Below are positions 9,968 to 19,213 of a stretch of 64,000 bases of DNA, piece by piece. Under the pieces are notes generated by a model that had not been told where the DNA came from, made no database searches, and saw only the letters and a program-made list of their open reading frames with translations. The stretch comes from a virus, in the IMG/VR virus record IMGVR_UViG_3300039412_000320, one strand, 5' to 3'. Made by a program: the position numbers and the translations under genes. How positions within the stretch are numbered: the stretch's first letter is position 1; each line of letters starts with the position of its first letter.

Positions 9968-10777
9968 CTATACAGAGGTTTCAATAGCAATGACTTTTAA
10001 CTGAAACCTTCCCGCTCGTCGTAAATAAGAGATAAACTCATCATATGTCTTGTCTTTTTTCATGTAGTTACAGTCCTTGCAAGCTGGGAGGACATTACCT
10101 GGAATATACCCCAGTGAATTATCTTTACGGTCTACACCGTTGCAGATGTAACCGCCATTATAGCGCTTGGAGCCCCTTCTTTCTGATGGTGGACTCCCGC
10201 AATAGTGACATGGTTGTTGAGTAATCTCGAAAAACTCGTCATTACTCAGTCCCCATTCATAGCCTCGCCTCTTTGCTGCTGCCTGATAAGTAGCCAGCAA
10301 GTGGTTACGCATACAGAGACCCAGCTCCAGTTTGCGGCTGTCAGTTCGCCAGCACCCACAACTCTTAGTCCTTCCCATAACCAAAGCATTGGTCCGTACA
10401 ATAACCTCTTTTCCACAATCACAGACTGTTAGCCACCTTTTGACCGCTCGCTGACTTGGGTCAAAATCGTAAAAGCGAATAACGGTTAGGCGATTGAATT
10501 TATGCCCTAATAAATCTGACTCTAGCTGCCTGTTTTTCTTCTCCCGGAGTAACGCCATAGTTTCCCTGGCTCGTTCCCGAGACAAACATCCGCAGCTTTG
10601 GGCACCTTTCCCACGAAGGTTGGCACTAAGGTTGACCGTCTCATTCCCACAATCACACCTACAGACCCACCTTGCCTGCCCACCTTTATGGTTGGGAGCC
10701 CCCTCAACAACAATCAATCGTCCAAACCGCTGACCTATCAGATTTATTTTTCTCATACCTAATAAACCCATAGTCAT
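9968..10777 (-). CDS. HNH homing endonuclease with N-terminal repeated zinc-binding loops
   Basis: Two GxRFGRLxV...WxCxCDCG...SCGC modules then CHYCG...NGVDRKDNSLGY...CKDCNYMK HNH core; paralog of 57781..58485. Confidence 0.8.
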   Translation of the reverse strand: MTMGLLGMRKINLIGQRFGRLIVVEGAPNHKGGQARWVCRCDCGNETVNLSANLRGKGAQSCGCLSRERARETMALLREKKNRQLESDLLGHKFNRLTVIRFYDFDPSQRAVKRWLTVCDCGKEVIVRTNALVMGRTKSCGCWRTDSRKLELGLCMRNHLLATYQAAAKRRGYEWGLSNDEFFEITQQPCHYCGSPPSERRGSKRYNGGYICNGVDRKDNSLGYIPGNVLPACKDCNYMKKDKTYDEFISYLRRAGRFQLKVIAIETSV

Positions 10778-10799
10778 AAAACCTAATTAAACCCATTCA

Positions 10800-13490
10800 T
10801 TACTTACTAAAGAACACCCCGCAATTCATACATTCCACGAGGTTTACTCCCTCAGCCTCAGAATCTTCCACGGGTTTGGTTTTGTCACACTTACAGTGGG
10901 GGCAAACGAGATTACCTTCCTCTATCGGAACGGAAACCTTGGCCCCGGCCTGCTTGGATACCATTTTGTCCAGAAGGAAATTCTTTACTTCCGGTTCAAG
11001 GCTATCAAGGTCGCCGTCACGGTCCATCTGCATTACCATGCTGTGATAGGCATAGCGTTCCTTGGGGTTGGCTCGAAGTGCCTGCTCCAACTGCTGAATA
11101 GCTGCTTTACTTTCTCCCGTCTGAGCAAACACAATACCTAGAAGAAAGTTAGCCTTCCCGTTATAGGGATTATGTACAAGGGATTGAGTGAGGAAATTAC
11201 GGGCTACATCCCAGTTACCTTGTTTAGCGGCGTCTGCTCCATCGTCATAATATTTCTTTGCAAGATTCGGGTCCCAATCCTTCCCCGCCGCCATGTGCGG
11301 AGTAGCATCCCACGCTTCCCGGATTTGCTGGTCTCGTTCGGAAACATGAGCGGGACCTTCCCACGCCTTTTCAATCTGCGTCTTTCTTTCCAGTTCCGGC
11401 AGGGTGACATTCACTTTCTGCTTGATTTCCTTGGGGAGAGAATCCCATGTAAAGTGGCTCCAGTACTTGTCGATTCCTAGTTTGTCGGCTACATTACGAC
11501 GCTCGGTGTTCTGAGTACTTCTCCACCATCCCTCAGCATCGGCGGCAATCTTGGAACTCTTGATGCCAAGAGACTTCATGAAATCCTTATCTCCCTTAGT
11601 GGGCCTGAATGGTTTAGCACGAGTCACATCCTCATAACCTTCCGGGCCGAACGGAGTGTCCCAGTGAGAATAACCAAAGTGCCTGCGCATAAGCCCCTCG
11701 GCTCCATGAAGAGAGGGTTTGCTATACTTGTTGCCCATGGCAATATCCGTGCGATTCAGTTCATCACTCGTGACACCGCACAACTTGCATTTAAGGGTAA
11801 CATGTGGTACACCCGGACCTGCAAATGCAGGCCGACCGACAATTACGGGAGATTCTGTGGTCTCAGGAACCCCGGCTGCTTCCAGTAACTCAACGTCACC
11901 GGGTTCGATATAGTCAGCCAACTCCTGTAACTCAAGCAACTCACTTGTGCTTATGCGTTCGGCTCTAAGTTCACCTCTCAGATACTCCAAACGGTCCTTT
12001 ACTGAATCGTTGGCTTTTGTACCGCCAAGGGGTTTGCCATAGAGCGTACCCATGTCGGTAACTTCACCTTCTGGTTCATCCTCCTCACCCACACCTGCTC
12101 CCTTCTTAAGGGGTCTCGGCGGTTTGGTGCTCTCATCAACTAGAGTGGGGTCAAGATGCTTGCGAAGCTCGGTCCTCGGCGGCAACATATCGGTGCTGTC
12201 ATATATCTTCACCTCCGAGTCCAAGGCGGACATCTTATCCTGCACCTTCTCCGCCACATCCTCCATCTCCGCTCTATTAACCTGTGGGTTATCCTTGGCG
12301 AGGTCGTTAACTACTTGCTTAACCTGCTGCTGTTCGGTTCCCGTGGGCTTTGCCTGTTGCTGGTCCGGCGCTGACGATGGGAGTGCCTTACTGTTTGTCT
12401 GTGGGTTTGTCTGAGCGGGCTTCGGTGGTGTAGGAGCCGTCCACCGGGGCTGATTGGGGTCATTCTGCACGGGAGCGCCGGGTGCTCCTCCAATAGGAGT
12501 ACCTGTGCCAAAGGATTTCTCCGTGGCGGTCTTGAAGCCGTCCTCTTCACCTTCTTTGAAAAACGTCGCTGTCTCCGGGTCGGGCGGCTGGAGAAGGGGA
12601 TTATGGGGCTGAACGGTATCTACCAATCCCTTGAGAGACCCCCAAATCTTCATCTCCTTCATGAACTGCTCATCCTCGGGGGTATATTCACCGGGGACGA
12701 TGGGTTCTTTCTCGATAGGGTCGCCACAATTGGCACACGTCTCCGCCCCGGATTCCAAAGAAAGCAGGGGTTGTGGGATGACCCCTGAGTCGGTCACATA
12801 ATCCGGGTCATCAACTGGTCCCGGAGGGCCGACCTGCCCCTTGTCCAACATCTCATCAATCATCTCCATCCCACAGCGAGGACAGTAGACTTCCGACCGG
12901 AAGAGATATCCGTCCGGCTCTTCCCACTCTTTCTTGAGAGAGGCCCGGAATTCTTCTCGGTCCTGTATCCGTTTACCGGAGGGGTGGAACTCCTCGGCGG
13001 CTACCTGAGTAATGGGGTCCTGTTTTGCTTTCAGGAGTTCGTTATCTGAATCACTAACAATCTTGACAGGCACGGCGCTCACACTTCCGGTCTTCGCCGT
13101 AAACTTCTTGCACCGGCAGCGGGGACTCTTGCAACCAAACCTGCCCCGGTTCCAATGTTCGTGGAACTGATGACCACACCGGCACATGGAAGAATCGGAG
13201 GCTGTCCGTAGCTTGGGCTTGGTCCGTGGCTCCCAAAAGTCAACCACTCCATCGGATAGTCCATCTACCGCATCCGCTGACCCGTGCTTATTCTGCTCAA
13301 TCTCCGTACCCTTCTCCCCAAACGGCTTGTTGTAGGGGATATCAGTAGTCGGCTCGGCGTGATGCTGCTGGGTCGCATAATCCGGGCTATCAAAAAGCTC
13401 CTCTTTGTCGAATCCCCCCACCCCGCCTCCGGGGACAGGAAGCATTTCGGCTTTTATGAGCAAGGGGCTGTGCGGTTTGGTTATAAACAT
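10800..13490 (-). CDS. large protein with C-terminal TPR-like repeat and several zinc ribbons (start uncertain)
   Basis: 920-aa ORF; CPRCGMEM, CRCGHQFHEH...CRCKK, CPHCKCDK...CMNCG ribbons; NWDVARNFLTQSLVHNPYNGKANFLLGIVFAQTGESKAAIQQLEQALRANP resembles TPR; N-terminal 24-40 aa of track ORF look spurious. Confidence 0.6.
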   Translation of the reverse strand: MFITKPHSPLLIKAEMLPVPGGGVGGFDKEELFDSPDYATQQHHAEPTTDIPYNKPFGEKGTEIEQNKHGSADAVDGLSDGVVDFWEPRTKPKLRTASDSSMCRCGHQFHEHWNRGRFGCKSPRCRCKKFTAKTGSVSAVPVKIVSDSDNELLKAKQDPITQVAAEEFHPSGKRIQDREEFRASLKKEWEEPDGYLFRSEVYCPRCGMEMIDEMLDKGQVGPPGPVDDPDYVTDSGVIPQPLLSLESGAETCANCGDPIEKEPIVPGEYTPEDEQFMKEMKIWGSLKGLVDTVQPHNPLLQPPDPETATFFKEGEEDGFKTATEKSFGTGTPIGGAPGAPVQNDPNQPRWTAPTPPKPAQTNPQTNSKALPSSAPDQQQAKPTGTEQQQVKQVVNDLAKDNPQVNRAEMEDVAEKVQDKMSALDSEVKIYDSTDMLPPRTELRKHLDPTLVDESTKPPRPLKKGAGVGEEDEPEGEVTDMGTLYGKPLGGTKANDSVKDRLEYLRGELRAERISTSELLELQELADYIEPGDVELLEAAGVPETTESPVIVGRPAFAGPGVPHVTLKCKLCGVTSDELNRTDIAMGNKYSKPSLHGAEGLMRRHFGYSHWDTPFGPEGYEDVTRAKPFRPTKGDKDFMKSLGIKSSKIAADAEGWWRSTQNTERRNVADKLGIDKYWSHFTWDSLPKEIKQKVNVTLPELERKTQIEKAWEGPAHVSERDQQIREAWDATPHMAAGKDWDPNLAKKYYDDGADAAKQGNWDVARNFLTQSLVHNPYNGKANFLLGIVFAQTGESKAAIQQLEQALRANPKERYAYHSMVMQMDRDGDLDSLEPEVKNFLLDKMVSKQAGAKVSVPIEEGNLVCPHCKCDKTKPVEDSEAEGVNLVECMNCGVFFSK

Positions 13491-13555
13491 ATGGAGATAC
13501 TTCTCCTCATTAAAGCACCGTATAGCTTTGATTTTCAGTATCAAGCAATATGGGG

Positions 13556-13936
13556 ATGACAAAGAAGAGAGCCATCAGGCTCTTGCAGCGAGCCTTATCC
13601 GACGATTTGTTGAAAAAAGAGTGGCTGGAGAAACGCCAGCCGGGTGATGACCCCACTTTCGGCCATTGTTACACGGCAACAGAAGCCCTTTATTATCTAT
13701 GGGGTAAATCAAGAGGATACAGGCCGGGGGTACTACGAGGTTCCCGAGGAACTCACTGGTTTCTCTTTAATGATAAGGGAGATATAGCAGACCCCACCGT
13801 TAACCAGTGGAGGGAGAGAGTCCCCTACGAACGGGGAAGAGGATGCGGCTTCCTCACAAAAGGACCTTCTCGAAGATGTAGCAGATTGTTGGAGAGAGTG
13901 GGGGGAACAGGCCCTTGCCAATCCCATAAACAGTAA
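13556..13936 (+). CDS. hypothetical protein (coding strand ambiguous here)
   Basis: MTKKRAIRLLQRALSDDLLKKEW...HWFLFNDKGDIADPTVNQW looks protein-like; GGGG 3 nt upstream of ATG; conflicts with minus-strand ORF 13733..13993. Confidence 0.35.
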   Translation: MTKKRAIRLLQRALSDDLLKKEWLEKRQPGDDPTFGHCYTATEALYYLWGKSRGYRPGVLRGSRGTHWFLFNDKGDIADPTVNQWRERVPYERGRGCGFLTKGPSRRCSRLLERVGGTGPCQSHKQ

Positions 13937-13992
13937 AGTGCCTATGGGAATAGCAGCGAGTACTCCAATGATTAGACCGACCGATGTAGCCA

Positions 13993-14148
13993 TTACGCCT
14001 TCTTAGCCGAACCCTCATTGCATTCCTTGCAGGTGTACAACGTCATTCGGGTAATTGTGGGAAGAGTGATGAATTGTGCCCCAGCGGGAATGGTCTTTTC
14101 GCACTTGGAACATTTTCTGTCGGTCATTGCTGTCTGGTAATAGGGCAT
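13993..14148 (-). CDS. small zinc-ribbon protein (51 aa, CxxC-N21-CxxC), not in ORF track
   Basis: Manual translation MPYYQTAMTDRKCSKCEKTIPAGAQFITLPTITRMTLYTCKECNEGSAKKA*; GGAG 8 nt upstream; abuts stop of 14151..14417. Confidence 0.4.
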   Translation of the reverse strand: MPYYQTAMTDRKCSKCEKTIPAGAQFITLPTITRMTLYTCKECNEGSAKKA

Positions 14149-14150
14149 AC

Positions 14151-14417
14151 TCACTCCACAACAGTTGACTTGGTAAGAACGAGACCAAGGGAAGCAACCT
14201 TGTCAAGGCATTCCTGTTTACCCTCAGCACTGCTTACCGCACCCGGCTCACCATCTGTTCGAGTAGAACAGAACAACGATTGCATGGTCTTACTCAGTCC
14301 CGATTTCTCAAAGAGGATAAAAACCCGCTTGGTCGTGGAGTTGTACACGAGCCGCCAGCATTTATACTCCGGGGAAACGTTAACCCAAACCTGTTCTCGG
14401 GTTACGGGGCTGGACAT
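14151..14417 (-). CDS. hypothetical protein (88 aa)
   Basis: ORF in track; directly followed by small zinc-ribbon ORF. Confidence 0.4.
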   Translation of the reverse strand: MSSPVTREQVWVNVSPEYKCWRLVYNSTTKRVFILFEKSGLSKTMQSLFCSTRTDGEPGAVSSAEGKQECLDKVASLGLVLTKSTVVE

Positions 14418-14454
14418 TAACCACGCCTCCTACTCACAAAGAATTGATTGCTGT

Positions 14455-15348
14455 TTAAGGTACTGATAAATGAGAATTTATTTCAATGTGTTTCTTACGG
14501 GGGTGGCTCTGGGCCTTTGCCTGTTTCTTCCCGACCTTCGGGTCACACATAGGACTACGCCCACCATAACGTTCCAAGTTAGTGGTATCTCGTTTTGATA
14601 GTAAAGTTGAACTAAGCATAGGGTTGCTTACACCATATCTAGCAAGAAGAGTATATTTTGTCTTTCGCTTAATTTCCGCATCACTAAAAGTCCGTAGATT
14701 CTTCCAATGACTTGGACATTCACAGAAAGTATTAGAACAGCACGGCCTCTCATATTTCCCTAACAAAAACTTGGCATTGGTACCACAGCCGTAAGAACAC
14801 AGCTTAGAGGAGTCATCTATAGGCTTGGATATCATCTTTTTCTTACACTGACAATAGGCGGGACATGCCCCGTGATGGCTGGAACAGCAGGGGTTTTCTT
14901 TATTTCCAATCAAGAAAGCGGCGGCCAACCCGCATCCATACCGACATAGAAGGTGAGAATCGGGAAGGATGGAAATGAAATGGTTCTTTGAACCCCTTGG
15001 TCGCCCTGTATTGCCTTTCTCCTTAGCGATACGACCGGCCTTTCTAGGGTCGGACAACCCTTGTTCGTTGATGTATTTGAAACCACCCTTGCCGCCTTCA
15101 TGCAGATTGTAGCAAAGCGGGTCCTGCCGGGCATTCCGTAATAATTCTACCTCCTTCGTATATGCCTCTGCGGAAACCTTAAATGTAAATAGGATGTCTT
15201 TCTTGAAGTTATGCTTACCATACTTCCTGACGGCACGCTTAATGGCAATCCCCGAGCCAAGATAATTGTCATTTGGATTATTAGTTTCGTGAACGCCGTA
15301 GTAGTAACGGCGATTGAGAAGATTGATAACCTTATAGACGTTGAACAA
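14455..15348 (-). CDS. GIY-YIG homing endonuclease
   Basis: MFNVYKVINLLNRRYYYGVH...YLGSG...CYNLHEGGKGG motifs; Cys-rich C-terminal DNA-binding region. Confidence 0.8.
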   Translation of the reverse strand: MFNVYKVINLLNRRYYYGVHETNNPNDNYLGSGIAIKRAVRKYGKHNFKKDILFTFKVSAEAYTKEVELLRNARQDPLCYNLHEGGKGGFKYINEQGLSDPRKAGRIAKEKGNTGRPRGSKNHFISILPDSHLLCRYGCGLAAAFLIGNKENPCCSSHHGACPAYCQCKKKMISKPIDDSSKLCSYGCGTNAKFLLGKYERPCCSNTFCECPSHWKNLRTFSDAEIKRKTKYTLLARYGVSNPMLSSTLLSKRDTTNLERYGGRSPMCDPKVGKKQAKAQSHPRKKHIEINSHLSVP

Positions 15349-15446
15349 AGAGACCTCCGAGTATTAGACTGCTTTTGTCTAATACTCGGAAAGTCACAAT
15401 ACCGAAACTTGCATTAAAGAATGAACAAAGCCGGAGTCTAAAAACT

Positions 15447-16154
15447 CTAACTTATTGAATATAAAAGACTTTGACCCGTGGCGTCTCCCGGCCCTAACCC
15501 ACTATCCAAAAATTCCCCATAAACCGTGCCGCTGACATCGAAGATGTCCGTGACACTGACCGTGACGTTTTCATTGACTGCCGCTGTTTCGATAACGTAG
15601 CCTGTCGTGTAGTTGGAAATCCAGCAGCCCTCGTACACCGTGGCAACGGCGAAGAGGCCCGGATTGCCTAAGTTGTTAAACCCGCCCTCGTTGGGGATGT
15701 CGGCGTTGGTAAGGTCTGGCTGTGCCCCGCCCGAATTGGGGGTAGGGGTTCCGGGAGTCGTGGACGCCAACTGGCTGAACACGATTTCCGTCTTGATGTC
15801 AAACGGCCAACGATGCTGACGGATGGACCTCACACCGCCGCTAACGCCAGCCTTGTAGCCCAAGACCTGCATGATGTTGGCAAGATAGAGACAGGTCCGT
15901 TGGATGGTGATACTCAACGGCTCGGTGACGCCGGGCACGAGTTCGGCAACTTGGTCGCCGTACCCCAAACCACGGATGGTCTCCACCGTGCGGGTTTCAG
16001 AAATGTTGAACTGGGAGGTGACGCCCAACTTGACAAACTTGCCCACGCCCACCACGTCGGTGAAAATCTTGAAGCGAGACGAAATCACCGATTCCGTCTG
16101 AGGGCTTGCTCCCTGCTGATAGATGTAACCACCTTGCGCCATATCTTCCTCCAT
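15447..16154 (-). CDS. hypothetical virion protein (235 aa)
   Basis: ORF in track; Thr/Gly/Val-rich. Confidence 0.5.
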   Translation of the reverse strand: MEEDMAQGGYIYQQGASPQTESVISSRFKIFTDVVGVGKFVKLGVTSQFNISETRTVETIRGLGYGDQVAELVPGVTEPLSITIQRTCLYLANIMQVLGYKAGVSGGVRSIRQHRWPFDIKTEIVFSQLASTTPGTPTPNSGGAQPDLTNADIPNEGGFNNLGNPGLFAVATVYEGCWISNYTTGYVIETAAVNENVTVSVTDIFDVSGTVYGEFLDSGLGPGDATGQSLLYSIS

Positions 16155-16205
16155 TGCCGCCGAGCGGCGTTCTATTCAAAAACCCGAAAGTTTCTTTCCT
16201 TACAA

Positions 16206-18272
16206 TTACCAGTCCTTCTTGGAAGGTTTTTTCGGTCCTTCACCCTTCCGTTGTTTCTTTGCGCACTGGTGGCAAAGCTCAGATTCGGAACCACTTAGTT
16301 CTTTGCCACAAGACTCACAACGTTCTTCTTCCTCGGCAGCGAGAATCAGGTCACCGAGAATCGAGGACTTCTTGCTTTTTTCTTTCACCTTGACGGCCTC
16401 CTCTTCGGCCTTCTCCTGCATCTCCTGCTTGCCAAGAACCTTGGCTGCCTGACCGAGCAGGTCATAGGCAAGGAAGATGGCTTCCACGGCTTCCCGGACC
16501 ATCCGGCTGTCGTTGACCTGAGTGATTTCCTTGGCATCAAGGTACATGCTCTGGAGTTTATCGGCGAGAGACTTCACCTTCTTGAGAGCGGTGCTGGCAT
16601 CCCGCTTTTTCTCGGTAGCCGACTTGCTGTTCAAGGGGTTGTCATTAAGCTTGATGGGTTCGGTGGTCTCGGGACGGTCCAGCTTCGCCGGGGCCTCATC
16701 CTCCAACTTGTGGGCTTCCTCTACTTCGGGTGTAGCCCCACCGCTTTCCGTAACGTCACCGGTTTCCTCATCATGGATAAACCATCCGCCCGCATCGCCT
16801 GCGGCGGTGATGGTGTTGACAATCTCTGCCTGTGCTGCCTGTATCTTCGTCCAGTCAGCGGTAGAGAGCTTGCCTTCCCGGTATGCCTGATAAGCAACTT
16901 CGTGTGGAGACACACTGCTCTCCTTCTGCTTATTGTGGATAGCCCACATCGTGGCATATGCCTTGTCCTTCTCACCGGGGTATTCTTTCTTGATGTCGTG
17001 CGCCGTTTCTTCGCTGATGCCGGGCGGAGTCACTGCGACCTTGATGCTTCCCGACTTGGAGCCTACAGACTGGTGACAGACGGCCCATGGATTGTATGGC
17101 TTCTTCTCACTGCCGCCTTCTTCCTTGTTCTGCTCCTTTACGTGATGCACGCAACGCTCGAACTTTGCGTCCTCGGCTGACTGCTTGTCAACGGAGGCGG
17201 TGTTGAGTCCACCGAAGCAGAAGTGCTGCATGTCGGTCGGTTCTTCATTCATGGGTTCCATACAGTTGCACGTCTCCCCTTCTCTTAACTTGCCGCCGCA
17301 CTCGGGACACTCGGACTCCCGGACCCAATCTCCAACTTCGGGGTCCCAGACTTTCCTTTCGTTAGGGCATCCCCGCTCATGGCAATAGGTGCCATTGATG
17401 GTAGCGGAATAACATTGCGGGCACTTGCCCGGCCCGGTTCCCATTGGCTCTTCTTCCATTTCTTCTCCCGGTACTTCTGCTCCCACTGGGGTGTCATCGT
17501 AAAGGCCCAAAGCAGTCTTCACCGATGCCGACCGAGCGGCTCCCTGCTCTACTTCCACGGGACGGGTCTTAAGTTCTCCACTAAGGGATTGCACAAAGTC
17601 CCACGCCGCCTTGTCGTTGGGGTCAAGACCCTTGGAGATAGCGGTGACGATGTTGGAAAGTGACTCGCTGCTCATTTGCTTGATATCAGCGGAGATGTTA
17701 CCGTTTCCCGGCTTGGTTACTAGAGGGGCCGGGGGCGGTGGTGCCGGGGCGGCAGCGGGTGCGCCTGCGGCGGCAGGAGCGGCTGGTGCTGCGGCGGGGG
17801 CCAGTGCTCCGGGCTGGGCAACCTTCTTAGCTGCCACACGAGGAACCTCCGCCTTCACAGGTTCCTTGGCTTCTGCCTTTTCGTTACGGTCGGTGACCCA
17901 ATTCTCACCGGCACTACCAGCGCCCCGCTTCTTGGCGGCGGTCTGGGAGGCTACGGGCGGCATCTCGGTCTGTTCGATACCGTGAGTTTGAAACTGGGGT
18001 AGGTTACTCATCTGGCTTACCCACCGAACATACTTTTCCGCCTGCTGAGCAAATTGAGGATAAGCTTGGTCATCAAGCTGATTTTGCATGGCGGCGTTGC
18101 TTGCCACGTTCTTCAACCACTTGGCTACCTGCTGCATCTGCTGGAGACGAGCATCTCCAGTAGATTCCATGATAGCGATGAGGCCCTCCGCCTCTTGAGC
18201 GGCCTGTTGGATGGTCTGCGGAGTAGCCAGAATCCTTGCCTGCTTGCGATGTGATACGAGATGCGATTTCAT
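16206..18272 (-). CDS. large (688 aa) Ala/Pro-rich low-complexity protein with zinc ribbons
   Basis: AAPAAPAAAGAPAAAPAPPPPAP tract; CPQCYS...CHERGCPNE...CPECGGK and CESCGKE...CHQCAKK ribbons. Confidence 0.6.
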   Translation of the reverse strand: MKSHLVSHRKQARILATPQTIQQAAQEAEGLIAIMESTGDARLQQMQQVAKWLKNVASNAAMQNQLDDQAYPQFAQQAEKYVRWVSQMSNLPQFQTHGIEQTEMPPVASQTAAKKRGAGSAGENWVTDRNEKAEAKEPVKAEVPRVAAKKVAQPGALAPAAAPAAPAAAGAPAAAPAPPPPAPLVTKPGNGNISADIKQMSSESLSNIVTAISKGLDPNDKAAWDFVQSLSGELKTRPVEVEQGAARSASVKTALGLYDDTPVGAEVPGEEMEEEPMGTGPGKCPQCYSATINGTYCHERGCPNERKVWDPEVGDWVRESECPECGGKLREGETCNCMEPMNEEPTDMQHFCFGGLNTASVDKQSAEDAKFERCVHHVKEQNKEEGGSEKKPYNPWAVCHQSVGSKSGSIKVAVTPPGISEETAHDIKKEYPGEKDKAYATMWAIHNKQKESSVSPHEVAYQAYREGKLSTADWTKIQAAQAEIVNTITAAGDAGGWFIHDEETGDVTESGGATPEVEEAHKLEDEAPAKLDRPETTEPIKLNDNPLNSKSATEKKRDASTALKKVKSLADKLQSMYLDAKEITQVNDSRMVREAVEAIFLAYDLLGQAAKVLGKQEMQEKAEEEAVKVKEKSKKSSILGDLILAAEEEERCESCGKELSGSESELCHQCAKKQRKGEGPKKPSKKDW

Positions 18273-18279
18273 GTGTCTC

Positions 18280-18747
18280 CTAAATGTCCACCGAAGGCAG
18301 TGAGGGAACTAAGCTCTGATTCCTCAGTGCCGTTAGGGCGACCGTGATTTCCGCTTGCATAGCCGTCCACCAAGCCTCCAAGGCCGCTGACGGATAAGGA
18401 GTAATGCAATCTAATTCACCCTGTATCGGTGCATGACGATTGGGATTATTGACGGGCGGACTGCTGGGCAAAGCGGACATAAACTTTACCGTCTTGGAAG
18501 ACATCTGGGTGGTTATCCCCACGTAATACTGACTGCATGGAAAGACAAAGCTGAAAACTGCCGGGGGGCTAGAACCTGGAACGGGAACATTGGCGAAAGT
18601 TCCATTCCCCACGAGGGAAATCTGAGGGTCGCCATATGCCGCAATGAGGGCCTTATCACTGGCATCCGTTGGGTCGCCGACAAACGTAGCCTGTAAACGG
18701 ATACTGAGGATGCCGTTTGCTTGAGTAATAACAGGGGTTACTTGCAT
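18280..18747 (-). CDS. hypothetical protein (155 aa)
   Basis: ORF in track. Confidence 0.5.
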   Translation of the reverse strand: MQVTPVITQANGILSIRLQATFVGDPTDASDKALIAAYGDPQISLVGNGTFANVPVPGSSPPAVFSFVFPCSQYYVGITTQMSSKTVKFMSALPSSPPVNNPNRHAPIQGELDCITPYPSAALEAWWTAMQAEITVALTALRNQSLVPSLPSVDI

Positions 18748-18748
18748 T

Positions 18749-19201
18749 TTACGCCACCGCCTTCATAACAAGAGGTTTGTGGGAATTCAGGTAAGTTATC
18801 AAGCATTCAAGGCGAGAAACGGAATCTTTAACTGACCCAAGAGCGACATTACATGAATGACACAAGACCCCTCTGATTTCCTCGGTTTGATGATTGTGGT
18901 CCAACGACCACCCGTTTTTGTTTCCTGAGTTTGTAGAGCCACAACATGCGCATTTTAAACCTTGAGCCTCAAGAATCTTCTGTTTGTCCTCTATTGTTAT
19001 TCCGTATTTGTGACGAAAATTCCTTATGGTGTTCTTTCTCCTGATTTCAGGTCCTTTTTCTGAATGGTACCGATGAAGACCTCTTTTGTTTTGGCATAAT
19101 TTGCAATAACGGTCAAACCCATCCGAAGAGCGAGCAAGGCGATGGAAATTCGCCTCGTTCACTTCTTTCTCAGTCCGGCACATTTTGCAAAACTTCATCA
19201 T
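18749..19201 (-). CDS. HNH / endonuclease VII-like nuclease
   Basis: CKMC...CKLCQ zinc ribbon then CACCG...LDHNHQTEEIRGVLCHSCNVALG (DHxH...N...CxxCN HNH core). Confidence 0.75.
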   Translation of the reverse strand: MMKFCKMCRTEKEVNEANFHRLARSSDGFDRYCKLCQNKRGLHRYHSEKGPEIRRKNTIRNFRHKYGITIEDKQKILEAQGLKCACCGSTNSGNKNGWSLDHNHQTEEIRGVLCHSCNVALGSVKDSVSRLECLITYLNSHKPLVMKAVA

Positions 19202-19213
19202 TTCTCGGTCCTA

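Noticed and set aside
14015-14230. 71-aa minus ORF
   Set aside because: The overlapping frame encodes a cleaner 51-aa CxxC zinc-ribbon ORF with SD. The 71-aa translation looks non-protein-like.
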